DNA of 64,000 nt from an uncultured Thermoanaerobaculia bacterium. Lineage in GTDB: Bacteria; Acidobacteriota; Thermoanaerobaculia; Gp7-AA8. Both the position numbers and the translations under genes were made by a program. Positions 28,247 through 37,221 of the stretch are shown here, piece after piece (positions within the stretch are counted from its first letter, which is position 1; the number at the start of each line of letters is the position of its first letter). The DNA is taken from NCBI GenBank assembly GCA_964650405.1, contig CAZYTO010000001.1, positions 4,268 through 68,267 of the forward strand, given 5' to 3'. A model generated the notes under the pieces. The model was not told the origin of the DNA. It saw only the letters and a list, made by a program, of their open reading frames with translations, and searched no databases.

Positions 28247-29889
28247 GCATTGATTGCGGAAAAGATGGAGCGCATGCGCTGCGTCCGCGGCCGCAGCGGC
28301 GGAACGCCGCGGGCCACGGCCTGATTGACGTGCCGGGAGATGCGGAAGACTTCGGCCCGGCCGATCTTGGCGCCGGCACCGGCGCGGGCGAGCTTGTCCA
28401 GCGTGGCCTCGGCCAGGGCCACGGGCAGGGCCGCGAAGGCCACGATGCCCTGCGGCGCTCCGCCCGACTGCAGGGCCAGCGTGTATTCGGTGGCCGCCTC
28501 GAGATCGGCCTTGGCCAGGGCGATGACGTCGGCCCGGTCGGCATCCGGCGGGATGTAGCTGCGTCCCTCGGAGAAGTCGTCGTTCGTGTCCTTGAGGATG
28601 TTGACGAGCTGCAGCCCCTCGCCGAACGTGGCGGCGCGGGCGCGCAGGTACGGCGCGGCGCTGCGAAGCTGAGGCGCCCGCAGCACGAAGAGCTCGGTCA
28701 ACATCTCGCCGACGATGCCCGCCACCGCGTAGCAGTAGTCGCGCAACTGCTGCATGCCGGTGAGCTGCAGCCGGTCACCGTGCGGCGTGACCTCGGTCAG
28801 GGCCACGAAGTGGGCCATGCCCTGCGCGGAGCGGATGACGTGCTCGCGGATGACGTCGCGCGCCTTTTCCGGCAGCGCCGCAAATGCGCGCATGACCAGG
28901 GGCACGTCGGCGATGAGCCGCGCGTAGCCCGCATGCGGCGACGGTTTCTTCGCGTACCAGGCAGCCGCGACGCGCTCGGCGTCGTGGTCCGTCCGCAACA
29001 GCTCACAGAACTCGTCCAGCGCCGCCAGCCGTTCGGCGACCGGCCAGTGGCTGGCGTCCTCGAACGTGTCTGCGATGCGGAAGAGGAGATAGGCAATCGT
29101 GACCTGCGCGCGCGTGCTGTCGCGGAGGAGGGGAATGCAGAGGGCGAAGGTGCGGCTGGTCTCGGCCAGCAGGGCGTCGAGGTGCGGGTCGCTCCCGTCG
29201 CCCGCTTCCGACGGCAGGCTGCCGGTGAAGCTTGCGAGGAAATCCGCAAGCGCGCCGGAACAGGCACGCAGCCGGTTGCGCATGTTCAGCAATGTCGGAA
29301 TCGCCGACGGCCGCAGCAGCGCGTGGCGGGTGACGGCCATGCGGTCGATCGTGCCGTCCGCGTTCGTGGCCGTGGCGACGAACGGCGGGATGTCGTCGTC
29401 GAGCGTGTCGAAGATCGCACGCACGGCCGTAAACGGCACACCCTTGCGTGCGGCGGCGCGCGCCCATCCCGCCGATTCGGTGTCGATGGCCTGCGCTCCG
29501 TTGTTGGAGAGCGCGTGCTTGTCGCCAACCATCCGCTCCACGGAGCGAAAGACGGCGCTCGCACCTGCCAGCGGCTGGCAGGCCAGCTCCGTGCCGTCGG
29601 GCGCGATGACTTTCTTCGCGACGATCACTTGATTGCGGTGCAGCTCCCCGGCGAGCGCGCCGGCGATGCCGGCGCCGATCAGCAGGGTGAGGTCGAATTC
29701 CTGGAGCAGGGCCGCGGCCGACTCCTCGGCGCGGGCCAGGCCGTCGCCGCCGGCCATGAGGACCACCGGGTGGCCGGAAAGGCGGCCGGCGTGACAACGC
29801 CGTCCGCCGATCCGCATCGTGCGCTCGACGGCCGTGCGGCGCAGCAGCGGCGCCAGCTCTTCCGGCAAGGCTGTGATGATGCCGATCAT
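28234..29889 (-). CDS. Fusion protein: N-terminal MTA/SAH-nucleosidase-family domain (HpnG-like adenosylhopane nucleosidase) plus C-terminal eukaryote-type squalene synthase
   Basis: Residues ~1-225 show a PNP/MTAN fold (MIGIITALPEELAPL...VVLMAGGDG...LLIGAGIAGAL). Residues ~235-551 align motif-for-motif with class-I squalene synthase: SRTFALCIP...YLLFRIADTFED, YCYAVAGIVGEMLTELF, and LQLVNILKDTNDDFSEGRSYIP, which is the second Asp-rich motif. It is a single uninterrupted ORF. Confidence 0.75.
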   Translation of the reverse strand: MIGIITALPEELAPLLRRTAVERTMRIGGRRCHAGRLSGHPVVLMAGGDGLARAEESAAALLQEFDLTLLIGAGIAGALAGELHRNQVIVAKKVIAPDGTELACQPLAGASAVFRSVERMVGDKHALSNNGAQAIDTESAGWARAAARKGVPFTAVRAIFDTLDDDIPPFVATATNADGTIDRMAVTRHALLRPSAIPTLLNMRNRLRACSGALADFLASFTGSLPSEAGDGSDPHLDALLAETSRTFALCIPLLRDSTRAQVTIAYLLFRIADTFEDASHWPVAERLAALDEFCELLRTDHDAERVAAAWYAKKPSPHAGYARLIADVPLVMRAFAALPEKARDVIREHVIRSAQGMAHFVALTEVTPHGDRLQLTGMQQLRDYCYAVAGIVGEMLTELFVLRAPQLRSAAPYLRARAATFGEGLQLVNILKDTNDDFSEGRSYIPPDADRADVIALAKADLEAATEYTLALQSGGAPQGIVAFAALPVALAEATLDKLARAGAGAKIGRAEVFRISRHVNQAVARGVPPLRPRTQRMRSIFSAINAWVR

Positions 29890-29893
29890 GCCG

Positions 29894-30895
29894 TCATCCG
29901 AGGAAGTTCCAGGCCATCATCCGGAACATGTCGCCGGGGTGCTTCGGCAGCTCGCGGACCACCGAGGCCTCGAAACCCGAGTGCATGGCGCAGTTGCGGC
30001 AGAGCGGATCCTCGCGCGACTCCCAGTACTGCCAGTCGGTGCCGTTCCAGAACTCATCCCACGAATCGGAGTAGGTCTTGCCGATCAGGTAGCACGGCCC
30101 CTTCCAGCCGCGGGGCGTGTAGGTGACGGTGCTCCAGGGGGAGCAGTTGTAGTCCCGGAGCCCGGCCGCGAACTCGAGGAACATCGGCGTCGAGGTGAGG
30201 CGGTACTTCTTCGAGATCTCCAGGACGCGGCGGAACTTCTTCTGGATCTCGTCGCGGGTGAGGAAGATGTCGCTCTCGACCGACTCGTAGTGATAGCCGG
30301 GCGAGACGAGCATCCCTTCCACGCCGAGGCCGGTGAGCATGCTGCAAAGCTCCTCGACCTCGGCCACGTCGGTCTCGCGGAAGATCGTCGTGTTGGCCAT
30401 CATGTGGTGGCCGGCGGCCACGCCGCGCTTGACCATCTCGATGGCCTTGTCGAACACGCCGTTGCGCGCGCAGACGCGGTCGTGCGTCTCCCGCATCCCG
30501 TCGAGGTGGACGTTGATCATCAGCCGCTTGTGCGGCTTGATGCGCCCGTAGACCTTTTCGTCGAGCAGTAGCGCGTTGGTGCAGAGGTAGATGTGGCGCT
30601 TGCGCTCGATCAGTCCGGCCACCAGCTCCGGCAGCTCCGGATAGAGCGTAGGCTCGCCGCCGCAGATGGAGATGACCGGTGCCTCGGAAATGTCCGCGGC
30701 CTCCAGGCATGCCTCGAGCGGCAGGCGGTCGGCCAGCTTGCCCGTGTGCCGCTCCAGCGCGCAGCCGATACAGGCCAGGTTGCACGTGTACAGCGGCTCG
30801 AGCATCAGCACGAACGGATAACGGCGGTTGCCCCTCAGTCCGTTGCGGACCTGAAGGCGGATGGTGTCAGTCGTAAGGTGAAGTGGAAACCTCAT
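29894..30895 (-). CDS. hpnH: Hopanoid-biosynthesis radical-SAM protein (adenosylhopane synthase)
   Basis: CNLACIGCA radical-SAM cysteine triad, and an HpnH-like N-terminus (RYPFVLMLEPLYTCNLAC). ATG at 30893-30895 overlaps the shc stop (ATGA). An alternative TTG start lies at 31000. Confidence 0.85.
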   Translation of the reverse strand: MRFPLHLTTDTIRLQVRNGLRGNRRYPFVLMLEPLYTCNLACIGCALERHTGKLADRLPLEACLEAADISEAPVISICGGEPTLYPELPELVAGLIERKRHIYLCTNALLLDEKVYGRIKPHKRLMINVHLDGMRETHDRVCARNGVFDKAIEMVKRGVAAGHHMMANTTIFRETDVAEVEELCSMLTGLGVEGMLVSPGYHYESVESDIFLTRDEIQKKFRRVLEISKKYRLTSTPMFLEFAAGLRDYNCSPWSTVTYTPRGWKGPCYLIGKTYSDSWDEFWNGTDWQYWESREDPLCRNCAMHSGFEASVVRELPKHPGDMFRMMAWNFLG

Positions 30896-32820
30896 CGTGT
30901 CGTTGCGTCCCTGTACTCGCCAAGTGCCCACAGGGGGAAGTACGTGGCGTAGAGGTGATAGCGAAGATAGAAGACCTTGGGGAAACCGGTGGCGGTCCAA
31001 TAGTCATCCCGCCAGGAGCCGTCCTCACGCTGATTGCGGAGCAGGTAGTCGACGCCGCGCCGCGCCTCCTCGGAGTCTCCCGCTCCCGCAGCGAGCAACG
31101 ACAGGAGGCCCCAGGCGGTCTGTGACGGCGTGCTCGGGCCGATACCCTTCTGCGACGGGTCGTCGTACGACGCGGGCAGCTCGCCCCAGCCGCCGTCGGG
31201 ATTCTGATGCTCGTTCATCCAGCGTACCATGCGCTCGAAGCGGTGGGCGTGAGCGGCCGGGTCGACGGCGGCCAGGCCGCGCGCGACGAGGAAGGTTCCG
31301 TAGATGTAGTTGCAGCCCCACCTTCCGTACCAGGTGCCGCTGAAGTCCTGGGTGTCGTGCAGGTAGCGCACGGCGGCCTGCAGGGCCGGGTGGCGCGGAT
31401 CGAAGCCGAGGCCGACCAGGGCTTCGAGGGTGCGGCCGGTGATGTCCTCACAACTGGGGTCGATCATGGCGTTATGGTCGGCAAAGGGGATGAAGGTGAA
31501 GACTTCATTATTGCATTCCTTGTCGAATGCACCCCAGCCGCCGTCGCGGTTCTGCATGGAGAGCTGCCATTGGATGGCCCAGTCCAGGGCCACGCGGCGG
31601 GCGCTCTCCTCCTCGTGGTCGGTGAACCGCACACCGTCGATGGCCAGCAGCACCTCGGAGGTGTCGTCGGTGTCGGGATAGAAGAGGTTGTCGTACTGGA
31701 AGAACCAGCCGCCGCCCTTCCCCTCGGGATTGTTGCGCTTCCAGTCGGCGTCGATGGTGGACTGTTTCGATAGGAGCCAGCGCGCCCCGGCCAGCAGGCG
31801 CGGGTCGTTCGCCGCCGTCCCGGTCTGCCGGAGGATGTGCACCGCCAGGGCCGTGTCCCACACGGCCGAGAAGCACGGCTGCAGGCGCAGCGTCCCGTTC
31901 TCTTCGATCTCGAAGCTCTCCAGCGCGTCGAGCTGGCTCTTGATGACCGGGTGATCGGCGGAATAGCCGAGCGCGCGGAAGGCGAAGATGACATTGATGA
32001 TGGGAGGGAAGATGGCGCCGAGGCCGCCGCTGCCCTCGAGATGCTCGACGATCCACGCGGTGGCCTTCTTCAGCGCGCGGCGGCGCAACGGCTTGAGCGG
32101 AATGGCCTCGGCGATCTTGGCGACGACGTCGGTCACGTTGAAGAACCCGCGCCAGAAACGCTCGCGCCGGGAGCGTTTCACCGGCTCGGCATGCCGCTTC
32201 GCCGCATACAGCTCCTCGATTCCAAGGGGCACTTCGCACGTCGGCTTGTGCGCCCAGATGATCGACAGCGGCACGACGATGCAACGCGACCAGTACGACA
32301 TCTTGTAGATGTTGAAGGCGAACCAGTCCGGGAAGAGGATCAGCTCCGGCGGCACGGCCGGGCACTTGGCCCAGTCGTACTGCCCGAAGATCGAGAGATA
32401 GATCTTCGTGAAAGAATTACAGGCGTCCACGCCTCCGAGGGCGAGGATGCTCTCCCGGGCCCGGACCATGTGCGGCGCGTCGGGCGAGTCACCGGCGAGC
32501 TTGAGCACGAAGTAGGCCTTGACCGAACCGCTCAGCTCCGTCGGACCGCCGGCGTAGATGGGCCACCCGCCGTCGTCGAGCTGCTGCTGGCGCAGGTAGG
32601 CCGCACCCTTGCGGAAGCGCTCGTCGTGAGCCCGGCCAAGGTAGTGCAGGAGAAGGAGATACTCCGACTCGAGGATGGTGTCACCCTCGAGCTCCCCACA
32701 CCAGTGGCCGTCCATGTGCTGGATGGAGAAAAGGCGTTGCCGGGCGGCCTCCATGGCCGCCGCGACCCTGGTTGTCTCTTCAGAGACTTCGTCTACAACT
32801 GGGAACTGGTGAACTGTCAT
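30892..32820 (-). CDS. shc: Squalene-hopene cyclase
   Basis: 642 aa. DTDDTSE catalytic aspartate motif (DxDDTA-type), multiple QW repeats, and the characteristic C-terminus (...GFPKVFYLRYHLYATYFPLWALGEY). Confidence 0.93.
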   Translation of the reverse strand: MTVHQFPVVDEVSEETTRVAAAMEAARQRLFSIQHMDGHWCGELEGDTILESEYLLLLHYLGRAHDERFRKGAAYLRQQQLDDGGWPIYAGGPTELSGSVKAYFVLKLAGDSPDAPHMVRARESILALGGVDACNSFTKIYLSIFGQYDWAKCPAVPPELILFPDWFAFNIYKMSYWSRCIVVPLSIIWAHKPTCEVPLGIEELYAAKRHAEPVKRSRRERFWRGFFNVTDVVAKIAEAIPLKPLRRRALKKATAWIVEHLEGSGGLGAIFPPIINVIFAFRALGYSADHPVIKSQLDALESFEIEENGTLRLQPCFSAVWDTALAVHILRQTGTAANDPRLLAGARWLLSKQSTIDADWKRNNPEGKGGGWFFQYDNLFYPDTDDTSEVLLAIDGVRFTDHEEESARRVALDWAIQWQLSMQNRDGGWGAFDKECNNEVFTFIPFADHNAMIDPSCEDITGRTLEALVGLGFDPRHPALQAAVRYLHDTQDFSGTWYGRWGCNYIYGTFLVARGLAAVDPAAHAHRFERMVRWMNEHQNPDGGWGELPASYDDPSQKGIGPSTPSQTAWGLLSLLAAGAGDSEEARRGVDYLLRNQREDGSWRDDYWTATGFPKVFYLRYHLYATYFPLWALGEYRDATTR

Positions 32821-32887
32821 GTCCAGACCTCGCCGATTCCCGGGCCGAAATCAGACGACTTGTCATCACTGCTCCCCTGGAACCTGA

Positions 32888-34220
32888 TTATATGGGTGGA
32901 TGCGGCAGTTCGCCGCGCAACAATCTAAAACGGGCGACGACAGCCGTTAGATGTGCTGAGGCGCTGGAAGTTTCGTCTTCCGCGTCAGATAGCGCAATCT
33001 CGGCAGTCTCCACATCGTTCGCTTCTCCACGTCCCTCCCGCGCCAGCTCCTCCGCAACGCGCAGGCTCTCCTGGGCCACGGCCAGTGCGCGGCCGGCCAG
33101 ATTGCTCTCCGCCGTCGCCTCGTTCACCTCGGTCACGGCTTCACTCCAGGCGAGCTCGAGTTGCGCGCGGCGCGCCTCGCGCCCGGCCTTGAGCTGTTCG
33201 AGTTGCGCCGCCACGCGCGTAGACGTCGCCGCCCGACGCCCCCCGGTCCACAAGGGGAGAGTCACCGTCGCGCCCACGCTAAGGTCGTTTGGCGTGAAAT
33301 GGTTGTAATAGCGTCCAAAGCGGTCGAAGAGCCGCGAATATTGCACCTGCGCGGCAATGCTCGGTTGCCAGAAAGCGCTGCTCACGACCAGTGCCTTCTG
33401 CAGGGCATCGATGCGCACATCGAATGCGCGCAACTCGGGGTCGGCGGTGAGTGCGGCCTTCACATCGCCGCGCTCGCCCGCGTTTCTCGTTCCCATCTCA
33501 GGCGATTGCGCCTGCGCCGGGGCAGCCCAGACGTCTCCGACCATGCTGCTGAAACGCGCGCGATCGAGGTCGTAACGGGCGCGGGCCTGCGCTTCGCGCC
33601 GCTGGGCCATGGCCACTTGCAGGATGGCGCGGTCGACGTCGAGATCGCGGGCCCGCCCCTCCTTCTGCAGTGCCTGTGTGCGAGCGGCGATCGTCTCGCT
33701 CGCCGCCACGCGCCGCTGCGCCGAGGCGATGAGAGAGGCGCCGCCCACAAGGCGGCCGTAGAGCTCCGCGACGTTCTGGGCCACTTCGCGCCGCCGCGCC
33801 TCCAGCCGCGCCACCGCCGCGTCCACTTCCGACAGTGCGGTCAGTTGCTCCGCATGGGCGGACGCATCGTAGAGGAGCCGGTGTGCCTCGACCGTGCCGA
33901 TGGCCGGCACCTGGCCGAGAACGGCGATGGGCAGGCCGGTGGCGTATCCGGGCGTCGTGGAGATCGAAGCCGCGGGCGCGAACGGATTGGCCAGGGTCGC
34001 GCTCGCCCGCGCCTCCGCCACCCCCGCTTCCAGCACGCGCAGGTCAGGCGCATGCGCAAGGGCATGCGCGATCGCCTCATCGAGCGTCTGGGTCTGGCCG
34101 GCGGTGGCGAACAACAACAGGAGGCCGAATGCCAGAAACCGAACACCGAACCGGACCGCCGCAGGCGGTGTAGGGCACGACCGCGTCGTGCCGAACCCCG
34201 GCGGGCGGGCAGGCGGCGTC
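32888..34220 (-). CDS. TolC-family outer-membrane efflux protein (start uncertain)
   Basis: Two TolC-like repeats with coiled-coil segments; the signal-peptide-like stretch is ..RFLAFGLLLLFATAGQTQT. The annotated upstream extension to 34411 is GC-rich read-through containing tandem hairpin repeats, so the real start probably lies near 34150-34220. A TTG at ~34220 is one candidate. Confidence 0.65.
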
Positions 34221-34269
34221 AAGGGCGCACCGGGGTCAGGGGCCGCGCCGGGGTCAGAGCTTCTGTCTT

Positions 34270-34370
34270 CTCCGGCGTGACCAAAGACCGAAGGTCTGAC
34301 CCCAGCAGTGCCAACCGGACACCGAAGATCTGGCCCCAGCCCTGCCGAAGACCGAAGGTCTGACCCCAAC
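34270..34370. repeat. Tandem ~34-bp repeat (x3) with embedded mini-hairpin AGACC-GAA-GGTCT in the spacer between the FtsX-like permease and TolC genes
   Basis: agaccgaaggtctgacccca occurs twice exactly (about 34278 and 34346), with a degenerate third copy, gacaccgaagatctggcccca, between them. Confidence 0.4.
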
Positions 34371-34403
34371 CTTGTCGCGGGGGCCGCCGAGGCGGCGGGG
34401 TTC

Positions 34404-35612
34404 TTACTCATGCCGCAGGGCCTCGGTGGGATTGAGATTTGCCGCGCGCACGGCGGGGGCTACGCCGAAGAGCAGTGTGACTCCGGCGGAGAAGAGAAAC
34501 GCCAGGATGGCCGAGAGGGGCGAGATCTCGATGGCGACCTGCCTCACGAGCGTGCGCAGCACGAGCGGGACGCCGACGCCGATACCGACGCCGAGGGCCG
34601 AGCCGATGCTGCCCAGCAGCAGCGCTTCGAGGAGGAACTGGGCCAGGATGTCGCGCTGCCGCGCTCCCACCGAGCGCCGGATGCCGATCTCCCGCGTGCG
34701 ATGCTCCACCGAGGCCAGGAGGATGTTCATGATCCCCACGCCGCCGACGATCACCGAAACCGATGCGGCCAGGATGAAGACGACGATGAGCCCGGCCGAG
34801 ATCGTCTTGGCCACAGTGACCACCTGGGTCATGTTCTCGACGTTGAACACGGCGCCCGGGCGGTGGCGGTCGTGCAGGGTCTCTTCGACGACCTTCTGGG
34901 CGCGGGGGATGGCGTTGAAATCGCGCACGTCGGCGAAGAGGGTGTCGACGCGGTGCGCCGGCGCCGTGAAGAACCAGGCCACGGTGATAGGGATGAAGAG
35001 CGTGTCGGCGCGCATCTCGCCGTTGCCCATCGTATCGACGGGATTTTCGAACTCGCCGATGACGAGAAACGTCATGCCCAGCGTGCGGACCGTCTTCTCC
35101 GCGGCCTCGTCGTTGCGGAAGAGCTTCTCGTAGAGCTCCCTGCTGACCACGCAGACTTTGGAGCGCTGCGTGAGGTCGTCGTCGTCGAGGAAGCGCCCGC
35201 GCAGGAGGTGCACGTTGCGGCGGACGTCGACATAGCTGGGCGAGGTGCCGAGGACGGCGACGGTTACCGAGCGCGCCTCGACCGCGACGCTTCCCTTCAT
35301 CTCCACGAGCGGCGTGACGCCGGAGAAGAGGTCCGTCCGTGCCGTGACGGCCTGCGCGTCGCCTTCGTTGATGCGGTCGTCGACGGCGTGGGAGACGCCC
35401 GCGGTGATGTTGCCTTCGTACGTCGCCCACACGACATGCGAGCCGACGGCCTCAATCTGGGCCATGACGAAGGCGCGCCCGCTCAGTCCGAGCGAGACGA
35501 TGATGATGATCGCGGCCGTGCCGACGATGAGCCCCGCCAGGGTCAGCCATGTCTGCAGCGGGTGCGTGCGGAAGCGGTGCAGCGCGGTGGAGAGGACTTC
35601 GCGGCCGATCAT
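34404..35612 (-). CDS. ABC-transporter permease, FtsX/MacB-like (permease only, no ATPase domain)
   Basis: 402 aa. N-terminal TM, large periplasmic domain, and a C-terminal 3-TM FtsX domain (..GIMNILLASVEHRTREIGIRRSVGA..). Confidence 0.8.
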   Translation of the reverse strand: MIGREVLSTALHRFRTHPLQTWLTLAGLIVGTAAIIIIVSLGLSGRAFVMAQIEAVGSHVVWATYEGNITAGVSHAVDDRINEGDAQAVTARTDLFSGVTPLVEMKGSVAVEARSVTVAVLGTSPSYVDVRRNVHLLRGRFLDDDDLTQRSKVCVVSRELYEKLFRNDEAAEKTVRTLGMTFLVIGEFENPVDTMGNGEMRADTLFIPITVAWFFTAPAHRVDTLFADVRDFNAIPRAQKVVEETLHDRHRPGAVFNVENMTQVVTVAKTISAGLIVVFILAASVSVIVGGVGIMNILLASVEHRTREIGIRRSVGARQRDILAQFLLEALLLGSIGSALGVGIGVGVPLVLRTLVRQVAIEISPLSAILAFLFSAGVTLLFGVAPAVRAANLNPTEALRHE

Positions 35613-35822
35613 TCGCCCGCCCCGGCATTGCGATTCGCTTTGCTCTGTCGCAGATTGGAGCCTGGGAGAAACCCCTCACCCCGGCCCTTCCGCGCTGAGG
35701 GTAGCGAAGCCGATTCCGCCCGCGTGGAAGTGCGCGCTCCAGGGCCGACCCTCTCCCGCCGGGAGAGGGTGGCCTTGTCTCGCTTTCCGTCTTCGACAGT
35801 CATTTCGTCTCAGTCCGATTCG

Positions 35823-36983
35823 TCACGAGCCGGTTGCCGTCTTCGCCGGCGCTGCCTCGACAGTCTGGCCGTCTTTCAGCGGCGCGGCGCTCGGCAGGAT
35901 CACCAGGTCGCCTTCGCGCAGACCGCTGACGACCTCCACGTCATTCGGGCCGATCAGGCCGACTTCGACCGGCGTTCGGGAGGCCTTGCCGCCGAGCAGG
36001 CGGTAGACGATGCGGGCCGTTCCTTCGCGCTGCAGGGCGCCGCGGGGAATGACCAGCGCCGATGGTTTCTCGCCGGCCACGATCTCGACGTTGACCGACG
36101 CATTGGAGGGGAGGGCGCCGGCATCGCCGGAAAGCTCGCCGAGGACTTCCCCGACCTCCCGCCCGCCTGCGTCGCGCAACCCGGGCGGCACGAGGACGAC
36201 GCTGCCGTCCCATCTGCCGCCGCGTGCGCCGTCGAACGTGACGACGAGACGCTGGCCGGCGCGGACGCGGGGGAGGTCGGGTGCATCGACGCGTGCACGG
36301 ACCCGCACGTGCAGCGGGTCGGTCACCGTGGCCAGGAGCTGGCCGGGGGCGACGCTTTCGCCGGCGGCGCGGGGGAGGTTGTAGACGATACCTGCGGCCG
36401 GCGCGCGCAGGAGCCGCGACGTCGCGCGGCGCTCCAGCTCCCGCGTCGATTGCTCGAGGAGCTGCCTCCGTTTCGCGACGTCGGCGGCATGTGCGGCGGC
36501 CTGGCGCACCTTTTCCTCCGCCTGACGCCAGGCACCTTCGTCCATGCTCTGCTGCTGCGCGGTGATGGCTCCGGTTTTCACGAGTCGGGCATCACCTTCG
36601 ACGATGCTCTTCAGATGCTGCGCCTCCTGCTCAGCGGCCGTACGCTCGATGGCGTTGCTCTCGGCCTCGGCAGCAAGCTGCGCCGCCTCCTGGCGGCTTG
36701 CGAGGAGTCGTTGATCGAGCTCGGGGTTTTCCAGTCGCACCAGCGCCGCGCCGGGAGCCACGCGATCGCCTTCGCGTACGAGCACTGCCCCGACGATTCC
36801 TCCCTCGGCGGCGCGGACTTCGCCGCCGGCCGGCGATTCGAGTGAGCCGTCAGCCAGGATGGGCACGACGAGCGCCCGCCGCGCGACCGGCGCTGTTTCC
36901 ACGAGTGGTGTTTCATGGCAGGCCAGCGTGAGCAGCGCAACGGCTGCTGCCCCCACCACCCGGCCTTTTGCCCTGTCCGTCAT
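35823..36983 (-). CDS. HlyD/MacA-family periplasmic adaptor subunit
   Basis: Membrane anchor, coiled-coil hairpin (..LDQRLLASRQEAAQLAAEAESNAIERTAAEQEAQ..), and beta-barrel/lipoyl-like regions. ATG start at ~36983 (MTDRAKGRVV...). Confidence 0.8.
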   Translation of the reverse strand: MTDRAKGRVVGAAAVALLTLACHETPLVETAPVARRALVVPILADGSLESPAGGEVRAAEGGIVGAVLVREGDRVAPGAALVRLENPELDQRLLASRQEAAQLAAEAESNAIERTAAEQEAQHLKSIVEGDARLVKTGAITAQQQSMDEGAWRQAEEKVRQAAAHAADVAKRRQLLEQSTRELERRATSRLLRAPAAGIVYNLPRAAGESVAPGQLLATVTDPLHVRVRARVDAPDLPRVRAGQRLVVTFDGARGGRWDGSVVLVPPGLRDAGGREVGEVLGELSGDAGALPSNASVNVEIVAGEKPSALVIPRGALQREGTARIVYRLLGGKASRTPVEVGLIGPNDVEVVSGLREGDLVILPSAAPLKDGQTVEAAPAKTATGS

Positions 36984-37221
36984 CGACTCTTCACTCCCGC
37001 CCTTCTTGCAGAGAGACGTACGCGCCGGGGTCCGGTTTTGCTCACGATTCGCCATCAGCCGCACGCCAATTCCGCCGGATTTGCCTCTCGTAGCCCTATC
37101 CTGCCCTTCTCCGGACGGTTCCCAGATCCTATCAGGTTGAAAGTCTCCAATGATTTACATGGTTCAGCTTGCGAAAGTGTGAGTTACGACAAACAATCCT
37201 AGTCCCATAGGAGGTTTTTCT

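Noticed and set aside
32888-34411. Full 507-aa TolC ORF starting at 34411
   Set aside because: The first ~80 codons translate the tandem-hairpin repeat spacer (PDP/GAP-rich) and overlap the permease stop. The TolC signal peptide begins around 34150-34220.
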